Shown piece by piece: positions 42,252-50,790 of a stretch of DNA of 64,000 nucleotides (position 1 is the first letter of the stretch; each line of letters opens with the position of its first letter). The notes beneath the pieces were generated by a model. The model was given only the letters and a program-made list of their open reading frames with translations. It searched no databases and was not told the origin of the DNA. The stretch is from assembly GCA_965215015.1 (NCBI GenBank), contig OZ244042.1:2464001-2528000 (forward strand), written 5' to 3'. This DNA comes from Candidatus Poribacteria bacterium. Its GTDB lineage: Bacteria > Poribacteria > WGA-4E > PCPOR2b. Made by a program: the position numbers and the translations under genes.

Positions 42252-42669
42252 TAGGACTTACGCAGTTGAACGTTCAAAGCCAACACCAAAAAAGGTCGCG
42301 CAATGTTTATGGTTGGTTGAGCCAGGATTATGGCGCAATAGTCATGGTATCCTCAGTAATGAATCACCGGATAATACGACTCACGCCGCCCGATGAATTG
42401 GGCAACTACAGTTCAGCTGACAGGAGTAGGCACCGCGTGCGGTCACCCACCTCTAATTCCGAATACCCACCCGGTTCTCTTCCCATGCTTGCGGGGGGAC
42501 TGAGGGGGGTAAGAACCCCACCCCCTGGTTTCAAACCAGAAGGTTATAAATCCCAGACGGACAACCCACCGGGTATTTAGGAGGGAGGTGGGATGGCATA
42601 CGGCGTATGCCTGATACCTTAAAAACGCGCAATGAACGTGCAACTACAAACTCAAGTGCGTAACTCCTA
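42252..42669 (+). mobile_element. MITE, longest copy with nested REP-like palindromes
   Basis: TIRs TAGGACTTACGCA / TGCGTAACTCCTA. Confidence 0.85.
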
Positions 42670-42672
42670 ACT

Positions 42673-45501
42673 TTACAAGTTGTAACTCAAGCCGAACGAG
42701 AATGTCCGACCCGTGCGATACCGCACGTAGGTTTCGCCACCTTGCTCTAAGGTAACGTCAGGATTCAGCAAATTCTTTGCTGAAAGGTTCAAGCGAAGAA
42801 ATGGAAGCAGTTGTCTCCCAAATGTCACATCCAATTGGGAACGTGGCAGTTCAAAAACATCTGGACTGCCGTGGTTACCCACCTCCGCAATCCGTTTTCC
42901 GAAGACATGATACACAACCGCGGCAGTCATTTCCAAATCGGGATTGTCATATCCTAGGCTGGCGTTTACAACATAAGGCGACTGCCCTTGCAGTGCACGC
43001 TCAGAAGAGGTTTGAATCCCCACATCTGGCAGCTCAACTTTGGACGAGATGAACGCGACGTTGGTGTTGACCGACAGGTATCTCAACCTTGAAGCGAGGA
43101 TACTGAGGTTTTGGCGTATTTCCAATTCTAGCCCGAAGTTATTCGCCGCTTCCGCGTTCTCGTAAGTGATTCGGACTTCAGCTGCGGGTTGGATTATCTG
43201 CTCAATTGGCTTATGGAATTTTTTATAAAAACCGCTGATTGCTACCACGCCTCCCAATTCTGGGAAAACCTCCCAACGGATATCATAGTTATCAATCTGG
43301 GTGTGTTTAAGTTGTGGATTACCGAAAATCGTTCTGCCACCAACGAAATCCGTAAACTCAAAAGGTGCCAACTCCCGAAGGTCAGGCCTCGTCACCGTGC
43401 GAGAAGCGGCCAAACGTAGGTTCATCCGCTCCGTCAAACGATATGTTAGATTCAGACTTGGAAGGATATCCGTAGTATCCAGATTTGCTTCAATCGCTTC
43501 CTGCTCTGCAACGAAGGGATCGAAAGTCGTAACGTTCTGATCTGAAACCTCCAACCGAGCACCGGTGGTAACACGAAATTTCTTTGATATCGGTAGATCG
43601 ATCATGCCATAGCCAGCCCACACGCTATGGGCGGCGAGGTAGTTATCCGTCGCTCGTGTCGATTCCCGAAGCTCAAAGAGACCAGGGGCAATATGTTCTT
43701 CCATAAACAGCTCCTCCGGCGGGGCTGTCCGATCTAAGAATAACTCGATATTATCGGATGGCAAAAATCGAAAACGGCGGGCGTCAAACGTCCTATCGCG
43801 GTCTCTCCACATCCCGCCAACTTTGAACAATCCTGTTGTCAAAATTGGCATTGACCAGTCGAGCCTACCGCTAATTTCATCGTCTGCCAAATCAAAAAAG
43901 AACCGGCTACCGCTCTGAGTGATATCGCGGAAAAGCCAATCATTCTGGCGTTTCTCATAGATGACCTCGCGGGTATCAGGTTCGTTTCGCACCGCACGCG
44001 AGAAGGTCAAACGCCAAGAGAGCGTCGGGATCGGTTCAAACTCAGGGGCACTGATATCGCCTTCTGCCCCTGCTTCCCCATTAAGGTTTTCCGATGCAAA
44101 GCTAAATTCGTGATCGCCGGCAAGCTGGCTGGAAAGGAGACTACGTTCCACGTAGAGCAGGCGAGAACTTCGCATATCTGTGTCGCGGTCTGCGTTGAAA
44201 CCCTCCCAAGTCCGCGTTTCATCTTCGGCGGTATGGCTATATAGCGTCCTCAAACTCATTTTGTGTCCGGGTGAAAAACGTATACTCGTATTCAGCACTC
44301 CACCCCAGCTAACATCGTTGGCACTTCGCTCGACTAGATATTCCGTCACGGGAGTGAGCTCATCCAAACCTAACCGAAACGCATTCTGCTCTTCTGCCGG
44401 CCGATGACTGTGCCCATTACTATATGAGATAACCCCTAAATACCCGAAATCCTTTCCAACAAGTTGAGTGGAATTTCCAATGCTGAACTTATAGCTCTGA
44501 TTAGCCGGGGCAGTGTATCTTTCTGATGCCCACACATTATCAAAGGCTCTGCCGAACTTTTGAATCTCTTCTGGGGTGAATCCGCTTCTGGTAAAACGCC
44601 CACGCTCACGAATTGGAACGTCTGCCGGTTGATTTGCAATAATATCGGGTAGCGCGCGTGTGCCCTTGCCAAACCCAAACTTATCTAAATCACCGCCCGG
44701 ATACTCAAGAAGCTCCTTGCCGGTCGTTTCCGTATTAAAGCTACTGGACATTGATAGCGACATGGTAAACGCATCTGGAAAATCTTTCGTGAAGACCTGT
44801 ACCGATCCGCCAGCGAAGTTACCCGGCTGATCGGGGGAAAAGGTCTTAACAGTTTGGAGGCTTTCCAAAAGATTGGCAGGAAAAATATCCATCGGGACAA
44901 CGCGACGGTTGGGTTCAGGACTTGGAATCTGGACGCTGTTCAGTAAGGTGTTGCTATAGCGCTCTCCGAGACCACGCACAAAAACGTAGCGTCCACCCAC
45001 AATGCTGATGCCGGTGACCCGTTTTAATGCTTCCCCGGCATCCGAGACAGGGAGCTTAGCCATCAACTCTGTGCTGATGCTATCTTCGACGGCAAAACTC
45101 AATCGTCGCTTTTCCAGGAGACCCGTTTCACTAGATTCACTCAGGCGGACAGGTAAGTGTATAGGCCCCAGCTTAATGACTTGAGGGGTGAGGACGACAC
45201 GGAGGGTTTGCTTCGGTTGCGATTCGGGGACTTTAATTCCGGATACGGTCTGTGTGAGATAAAAAGGAAATCGGACGCTGATGTTGTAAGTGCCTAAGGG
45301 GACTTCGAGAATGAATACTCCGTCCTGATCTGTTGATACGCGCTGTTGGGTCGCGCTCAATACGACAGTTACATCTGCTATCGGTGCTTCTGTCGCTTCA
45401 TCGAGGACAATCCCTTCGATACGTCCAGTCTGTTGTGCGACGAGTGTTGACGGAGCCCAGCAGAGGCATACTATCAACACCCACAAGCGTGGTTGTTTCA
45501 T
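42673..45501 (-). CDS. TonB-dependent receptor with N-terminal carboxypeptidase-like domain
   Basis: ALKRVTGISI..VFVRGLGERY plug, LPSLNL, RPDLREL, NLLN, terminal YNL. Confidence 0.93.
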   Translation of the reverse strand: MKQPRLWVLIVCLCWAPSTLVAQQTGRIEGIVLDEATEAPIADVTVVLSATQQRVSTDQDGVFILEVPLGTYNISVRFPFYLTQTVSGIKVPESQPKQTLRVVLTPQVIKLGPIHLPVRLSESSETGLLEKRRLSFAVEDSISTELMAKLPVSDAGEALKRVTGISIVGGRYVFVRGLGERYSNTLLNSVQIPSPEPNRRVVPMDIFPANLLESLQTVKTFSPDQPGNFAGGSVQVFTKDFPDAFTMSLSMSSSFNTETTGKELLEYPGGDLDKFGFGKGTRALPDIIANQPADVPIRERGRFTRSGFTPEEIQKFGRAFDNVWASERYTAPANQSYKFSIGNSTQLVGKDFGYLGVISYSNGHSHRPAEEQNAFRLGLDELTPVTEYLVERSANDVSWGGVLNTSIRFSPGHKMSLRTLYSHTAEDETRTWEGFNADRDTDMRSSRLLYVERSLLSSQLAGDHEFSFASENLNGEAGAEGDISAPEFEPIPTLSWRLTFSRAVRNEPDTREVIYEKRQNDWLFRDITQSGSRFFFDLADDEISGRLDWSMPILTTGLFKVGGMWRDRDRTFDARRFRFLPSDNIELFLDRTAPPEELFMEEHIAPGLFELRESTRATDNYLAAHSVWAGYGMIDLPISKKFRVTTGARLEVSDQNVTTFDPFVAEQEAIEANLDTTDILPSLNLTYRLTERMNLRLAASRTVTRPDLRELAPFEFTDFVGGRTIFGNPQLKHTQIDNYDIRWEVFPELGGVVAISGFYKKFHKPIEQIIQPAAEVRITYENAEAANNFGLELEIRQNLSILASRLRYLSVNTNVAFISSKVELPDVGIQTSSERALQGQSPYVVNASLGYDNPDLEMTAAVVYHVFGKRIAEVGNHGSPDVFELPRSQLDVTFGRQLLPFLRLNLSAKNLLNPDVTLEQGGETYVRYRTGRTFSFGLSYNL

Positions 45502-45544
45502 CTTTCTCCTGTTCTGATTATATCTGTTCGTTTTGGTGCCCCTA

Positions 45545-45598
45545 AGTATAGTTTAAGAGTGTTACAAAATTTTGACATTTCTGTCGATTTTTTGTGGC
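45545..45598 (-). promoter_or_regulatory. Pho-box-type promoter (proximal) for the TBDR operon
   Basis: Minus strand GCCAC/TCGAC/GTCAA/GTAAC at 11-bp period, then 10 nt, then TATACT. Confidence 0.7.
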
Positions 45599-45722
45599 AA
45601 TCAATCTCCGTAGAAGTTATCCGGTTTAGGGCATTTGCACCTGGGAGCGGTAAAATGAAATTTAGGTTGAAGAGTAAAAACCCTCCAACCCAAATTTCTC
45701 GATTTCCCAACCAATGCCCAGA

Positions 45723-45765
45723 AGTATAGCGTAGAAATGTTACAAAATCTTAGCGTTCCTTTGGC
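45723..45765 (-). promoter_or_regulatory. Pho-box-type promoter (distal)
   Basis: GCCAA/GCTAA/GTAAC at 11-bp period, then 10 nt, then TATACT. Confidence 0.6.
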
Positions 45766-45794
45766 TTTTTTATAAACAGTGTTTTTTTTATTTT

Positions 45795-45960
45795 TAGGAC
45801 TTACGCGCTTTAGCTTATAGTAGTGCAATTCAATCTGCCTCACGATAAACCATAAATCGCATAACTGTCGCTGCTCGATTCAGCGAGCGTTGAGAGGCAC
45901 CTTCACCGGCGATGAATCGATGAACTACAAGGCTTCGAGGGCGCAACTGCGTAAGTCCTA
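45795..45960 (-). mobile_element. MITE copy, inverted relative to 42252
   Basis: TAGGACTTACGC ... CAACTGCGTAAGTCCTA. Confidence 0.8.
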
Positions 45961-46147
45961 TTTTCGGTTTTTTTTGCACAATTTCTTAACATGAGCATTT
46001 TTTGCAAAAAAAGAGCTAAACTTTTTCAGATGAACTTGACTTTCAGGTGGAATGCTTCAACGATTATGGAAATGAGTTCACTTTCCTCAAGAATGCACCG
46101 TTCATTTGTAACGCAGATGAAATAGCCTTTCAGAAGGAGGAACAGCC

Positions 46148-46786
46148 ATGACATAACAACGAGGCCCCCATTACTCAAAAAAGTGTCCTTTCCATATTAC
46201 CCCCAATCAACCCTTAAGTGCGGAGCAGTCAATTAACCGATGTGTAAGGTGCGTGACCTATAGTGACCCACGGCTTCAAGGCATGAAAGCCGATTTGCAT
46301 CAAGTCGCGTATCTGACCATCTGTGAAAACTTGCCGGAGTATGATCCAGACCATCAAACCGGCGCGAGTCTGAGCACGTTTATTCGTTCCCGGGTGTGTG
46401 CCAAGCTCTGGAATGAAAGCGAAAAACGCCTTAAATCAATTCCATTTTCTACGATTGAGGCAGTTCAAGAGCCTCAACAATTTGTAGACAATCCATTGGT
46501 CGATGGTCTGACAAGAGAGGCGTGTCAATGTGAAGGCATTGATGAAACTGTGGCGTGGGATGTCGCCGTTGAACAATTCAAGACATTGCTTCCACAGCTT
46601 CTGTCCCGTTTATCTGAGAAGGAAGGTATGGTCTTGAAATTGAAGTTTTTTGAGGAGCACCAAGCCGTAGAGATAGCAAAACAGCTTGGTGTTAGTGAGG
46701 GGCGCGTCAGTCAGCTGACCCGTGCCGCCCTTGCTAAATTGCAGAAAGCCTACATTTCTGGGGCAATCCAGTCATGGGGGCTTTAA
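46148..46786 (+). pseudogene. Sigma-70 family factor (FliA/WhiG-like region 4) with in-frame TAA at codon 3
   Basis: AAGGAGG-ATG ACA TAA in frame with ORF 46253; YDP...ASLSTF region 2, EIAKQLGVSEGRVSQL region 4. Confidence 0.7.
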
Positions 46787-46854
46787 AGGGTTTCCGCTTC
46801 AAGATTATCACTAGGGTAATCTTGATTAACCGATAACTTAAAGGAGGGTTTATC

Positions 46855-47355
46855 ATGTTGACTTTACGGCGTTTCAAAGGAGCGATGCTTACGGTTCTGG
46901 TGGCTCTATTAATTTGCGCGGTGGGGGCTTACACCGTTTCTGCCACAACCGAATCTGGATATAAGAGTAATATCTATTGAGAGTTTAGTTTGGATAATCT
47001 TGAGGCAGCGAATGGGTGGACTTACAGCGATCACTACGTTTATATCATAAATAATCGGCACAGGAGGATTACGGTTGACTGGGAGTTTTCACACAAAATC
47101 CTGGAACGTGGTGCCGTGAATCATGATTTGCCGGATGATACCGTCTTTGGGACCGTCATCATTGATGGGTTGGGACAGCCTGGTGGAGACGTGAGGTTTT
47201 CTCTTTCCGATGTCCGTCAGGCTTATTACGGTCACTTAGACATAGACCTTGAGGACCACGACTATTATCTTGAAGCCTATACACGGATCAATATACATGG
47301 ACTTAGCATCCCAACGGATAAGATCACAGATACGTTGAATCTTCCGGCTGGGTAA
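46855..47355 (+). pseudogene. Secreted protein with in-frame TGA at codon 42
   Basis: AAGGAGG-ATG, signal peptide, TGA at 46978-46980 in frame with ORF 46990. Confidence 0.65.
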
Positions 47356-47365
47356 AGGAGGGACT

Positions 47366-48343
47366 ATGCGGCTGGCACTGCTCGTGGCTTGCCTTTGGCT
47401 AGCCACGAGCCCCCTTCAGGGCAAAATTGTCTTTTATTCTAATCGTAAAGGAACCACCGAAGTCCATACGATGGACTCGGACGGGAGCAACCAGACACAG
47501 TTGACATTCAACAAGGTGAGTGATTCTGCACCGGCGTGGTCTCCCAACGGGCGACAGATTGTGTTCCATAGCACACGCGATAAAAATTGGGAGATTTATG
47601 TGATGGATGCAGACGAGAGCAATCCACGCAACCTGACCCGTCACCCGGCAAATGATGCCTTTCCCGAGTGGTCTCCCGATGGTTCACAGATTGCGTTTGA
47701 TAGTGACCGCGGAGACGGCGCAATCAACCTTTACGTGGTGGACGCTTTAGGGAACAACGTGAAGCAGCTCACACACATGCGGATTGAACACTGGGAACTC
47801 GCATCGAAACCGAGGTGGTCGCCGAACGGAGAGTGGATACTCTTTGAGGGCAATATTGTTGAGGGTAATCTGGAGCAGGGCCGACAGATTTATGCGATTC
47901 GTCCCGACGGCACCGACCGATGGCGAGTCTCTAAACCTGTCCCAAAAACCTCCATGTTTTTGGGAGGTTGGTCGCCGGACGGGAGACGGATTTTGTATAA
48001 GGGGAGCATTGGCGGGAATGTGATGAACTCGTTTGCAGTCATTGCCACACTCGACTCGCGCTCGAAGGTCACAACGCGGCAGGAAGTCGCCATGCCCGAA
48101 CTGCCTTTTGCGACCGTTAGTTTTGGTGCAGATGGGAAGTCGATACTCTTTAGGGGAAAGCGGGGTCATGTGTGGAACATCTACCGGTTCCATCTTAGTG
48201 ATAGGCAGCTGATCCAGTTGACTGATATACCGACCAATATACCCGGGAAATATTCTGGTGTCCGGGAATGGAATCCGCGCCTGCCGGTCTCGCCACAGGA
48301 ACTGACCCCCACACTTTTGGGGGAGATAAAGACAACCCAGTAG
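47366..48343 (+). CDS. TolB-like PD40 beta-propeller secreted protein
   Basis: PAWSPNGRQIVF, PEWSPDGSQIAF repeats and signal peptide. Confidence 0.85.
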   Translation: MRLALLVACLWLATSPLQGKIVFYSNRKGTTEVHTMDSDGSNQTQLTFNKVSDSAPAWSPNGRQIVFHSTRDKNWEIYVMDADESNPRNLTRHPANDAFPEWSPDGSQIAFDSDRGDGAINLYVVDALGNNVKQLTHMRIEHWELASKPRWSPNGEWILFEGNIVEGNLEQGRQIYAIRPDGTDRWRVSKPVPKTSMFLGGWSPDGRRILYKGSIGGNVMNSFAVIATLDSRSKVTTRQEVAMPELPFATVSFGADGKSILFRGKRGHVWNIYRFHLSDRQLIQLTDIPTNIPGKYSGVREWNPRLPVSPQELTPTLLGEIKTTQ

Positions 48344-48359
48344 AAATCAGGTGCAACCG

Positions 48360-48430
48360 ATGCGTATTTTTATCCTCGTGGCTTGCCTTTGGCTAGCCAC
48401 GAGCCCCCCTGAGTGCAAAATGGTGTATAA
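48360..48430 (+). pseudogene. 5' stub of a second TolB-like paralog
   Basis: CTCGTGGCTTGCCTTTGGCTAGCCACGAGCCCCC identical to about 47382-47413. Confidence 0.7.
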
Positions 48431-48442
48431 CACCTGTTTTGC

Positions 48443-48668
48443 TGACAAGCTCCCGCAGCTCAAACCCTTTAGGGAGAGGAGGTGGTGTTTTCCGTCTCAC
48501 CCGTGGCCCCCGTAGTTCATTGAACTGCTTAAGGAGGGGGCAGGTCGCTGTCCACTGGAGTAGGCATCGTCAGACAGGATTCGGATCGCCAGTGCTGTTG
48601 ATACCACAATTCGACCTCTATTGGGATGGGTCAGAATTCCAACCCTTTAGGGTGTGGGAGTAGGTCAA
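48443..48668 (+). mobile_element. Non-autonomous IS200/IS605-type element (omegaRNA-like right end)
   Basis: Ends GAATTCCAACCCTTTAGGGTGTGGGAGTAGGTCAA; a matching ACCCTTTAGGG hairpin lies at the left end. Confidence 0.65.
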
Positions 48669-48694
48669 CCGAATATGCTCAGAGATTAAGCAAG

Positions 48695-48770
48695 AGTATA
48701 TCTTTTAAATGTAGCGATTTTATGGAAATCTTGTGGCAAATTGGTGGAGATTCTTTGGCTATTTTGTTAC
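48695..48770 (-). promoter_or_regulatory. Six-repeat Pho-box array with -10 and no downstream gene
   Basis: GTAAC/GCCAA/TCCAC/GCCAC/TCCAT/GCTAC at exact 11-bp period, then 10 nt, then TATACT. Confidence 0.65.
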
Positions 48771-48788
48771 AGACGTTGGAAGGTCCAT

Positions 48789-48823
48789 AAAAAAGCCCGG
48801 TGAGCATTTCCCCACCGGGCTTT
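48789..48823 (-). terminator. Intrinsic terminator of phoB
   Basis: AAAGCCCGGTG...CACCGGGCTTT with T6 on the minus strand. Confidence 0.8.
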
Positions 48824-48863
48824 ACTATCCTTGATTCAATTAACATTTGATACCTTTGTGCTG

Positions 48864-49550
48864 TTACTCCTTGAGCCGATAACCAACTCCATGCACCGTC
48901 TCAATCCGTTCTCCGAATTGTCCTAACTTGCGCCGCAAACGACTTACATGGGTATCCATCGTGCGTTCAATGCCGTAATACTCTTGTCCCCAAACCGCAT
49001 CCATCAGAATACTGCGCGTGAAAACACGCCCCGGAGAATGAGCAAATAGGGAAAGAATTTTGAACTCTGTGGCAGTCAGATCAATTGCATTTCCCTCGCT
49101 GAATACTTGATGTCTGTCCAAATCAATCTTTAAGCCATCAATCTGGATTTGGTTTGAAGGCTTGTTACATGGGACGTTAGGGGCACGGCGTAGCACGGCA
49201 CGGACTCTCAACAAAACTTCTCGTGGGCTAAATGGTTTGGTGATGTAGTCGTCTGCTCCTAACTCCAACCCGACAATTCGATCGATTGCCTCGCCTTTTG
49301 CTGTTAACATAATAATGGGAATATCTGCAGTCTCGGGATAGCGTTTCAAGGTACGACAAATCTCCAGACCGTCTACCTCTGGAAGCAATAGATCCAAAAG
49401 AACGAGATCGGGTTGCTCGATTTTAACCCGCTCAAGGGCCTCCGACCCGTTAAGGACTGCATCGGTCTTAAAGCCTGCTTGGTGCAAGTTGTACACTAAC
49501 AATTCAACAATATCAGGCTCATCTTCAACAATCAGAATCTTTGGTGCCAT
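48864..49550 (-). CDS. phoB: OmpR/PhoB-family response regulator
   Basis: VEDE, LLDLLLP, IIMLTAK, GADDYITKPF, RTMDTHVSRLRRKL, TVHGVGY; pst context. Confidence 0.8.
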   Translation of the reverse strand: MAPKILIVEDEPDIVELLVYNLHQAGFKTDAVLNGSEALERVKIEQPDLVLLDLLLPEVDGLEICRTLKRYPETADIPIIMLTAKGEAIDRIVGLELGADDYITKPFSPREVLLRVRAVLRRAPNVPCNKPSNQIQIDGLKIDLDRHQVFSEGNAIDLTATEFKILSLFAHSPGRVFTRSILMDAVWGQEYYGIERTMDTHVSRLRRKLGQFGERIETVHGVGYRLKE

Positions 49551-49670
49551 TTGCCTTCTCGAAGATGTTGTGAATCTAGACAGCAAAAGCGTGGTCAAAG
49601 CAAAACGCTAAATTGCGCTGCTGCCAGAATTTGACATGTGTCCCAACTATAATAAACAAAAAGCATAAAA

Positions 49671-49713
49671 ATTATAAATAAGAAATGTTACAAAATTTTG
49701 GCATTTCTATGAC
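49671..49713 (-). promoter_or_regulatory. Autoregulatory Pho-box promoter of phoB
   Basis: GTCAT/GCCAA/GTAAC at 11-bp period, then 10 nt, then TATAAT. Confidence 0.72.
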
Positions 49714-50123
49714 TTTGTTGTGTGAATTTGTATATCACTGTTCCTGATAGGGATCTCCAAAATTCAAAAAAATTGTCACTTCACAGATGGTTATGAGCTT
49801 CCGAATTATCCTTCCCAAAACGACAGCACCCGTTTAACCTCATCTCTGTAACCGACAATCAAGGGTGTTCGCCCGTGGATAGACTGTGGCTGTTTTTCTA
49901 GGATACGCTGCCTCCCGTCACTAGCAACCCTCCTGCTTACTTTGCCAAGAAAGCAGGAGGATTGGCTTCGTATAACAACCGCAGCTTACCCAATCAATCT
50001 TTCTGCGTTGGCGGATAAAGAAACGCATCGCCGCGGAGGAGTGAGCGGTGGAAGTCAGAAACTAGTGAGCCGCATACCGTGTACATAATGAGGGGCGTGC
50101 TCAAAACATCATTTCAGTCGTTA

Positions 50124-50657
50124 TTACAGTTCCCGAATCCGAATATTACGGAATTGAACAGGTCCATGGTCACCCTGCAACATCAAGGGGCCTTTGGGTG
50201 GATTGTCATCACCGAGTTGCCCGCCTGTCGGTCCCTCAATGATCACATTATCGTGAATCTTGACCCTGTTTAAGAATACCGTCAGACTCATGCCCTTGAG
50301 CGTTGCCTCCACCGTTTGCCATTCCCCTGCTGGCTTGCTCGCTTCGGTATCCACATGTTTTTGATTATAAAGGGCACCATTCTCCGCCGGGTACGAATAG
50401 GTCTTCCCTAGACTGTCTAAAATCTGGATCTCATATCGACCCCGGAGGTAGATGCCACTGTTGCTATCCTTTGGTACTAGATACTCGATATGCAGTTCAA
50501 AATCGGCAAACTCTTGTTCCGTGATGATGTCTACACCCTTATCAGTGTTGTCAAGGATGCCGTCGTGAACAACCCACTTGTGTTCTTGGTCTGGATGCCG
50601 CATTCGCCAACCGGTGAGATCTGTTCCATTAAAAAGTTGAATTGATTCATTTGCCAT
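50124..50657 (-). CDS. DUF1080 family protein
   Basis: LFNGTDLTGW, NSGIYLRGRYEIQILDS, LQGDHG. Confidence 0.88.
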   Translation of the reverse strand: MANESIQLFNGTDLTGWRMRHPDQEHKWVVHDGILDNTDKGVDIITEQEFADFELHIEYLVPKDSNSGIYLRGRYEIQILDSLGKTYSYPAENGALYNQKHVDTEASKPAGEWQTVEATLKGMSLTVFLNRVKIHDNVIIEGPTGGQLGDDNPPKGPLMLQGDHGPVQFRNIRIREL

Positions 50658-50790
50658 AAACGTCGTCTCCTTTGCAGTGAATTGAATTACGCTTATTAGG
50701 GTGCTCCAGTCAGTAGGGTAACCTCCACGCACCCCAAAGAATGAGGGTGAGATAACTCTACCCGTATTATCTACCCGCTAGAATTAGCCA

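Noticed and set aside
46978-46980. In-frame TGA as selenocysteine or stop-codon reassignment
   Set aside because: No evident SECIS or redox motif, TGA terminates normal genes here (for example purA and gdhA), and neighbouring lesions are TAA and TAG
49905-49920. ACGGGAGGCAGC match to the conserved 16S 338 region, or SRP/Moco/cobalamin riboswitch motifs
   Set aside because: Only a 12-nt match; the other required elements are absent or on the wrong strand
50066-50098. Resemblance to group II intron domain V (GAGCCGCATAC...GAGGGG)
   Set aside because: Cannot form the DV hairpin, and no RT ORF or other intron domains are present
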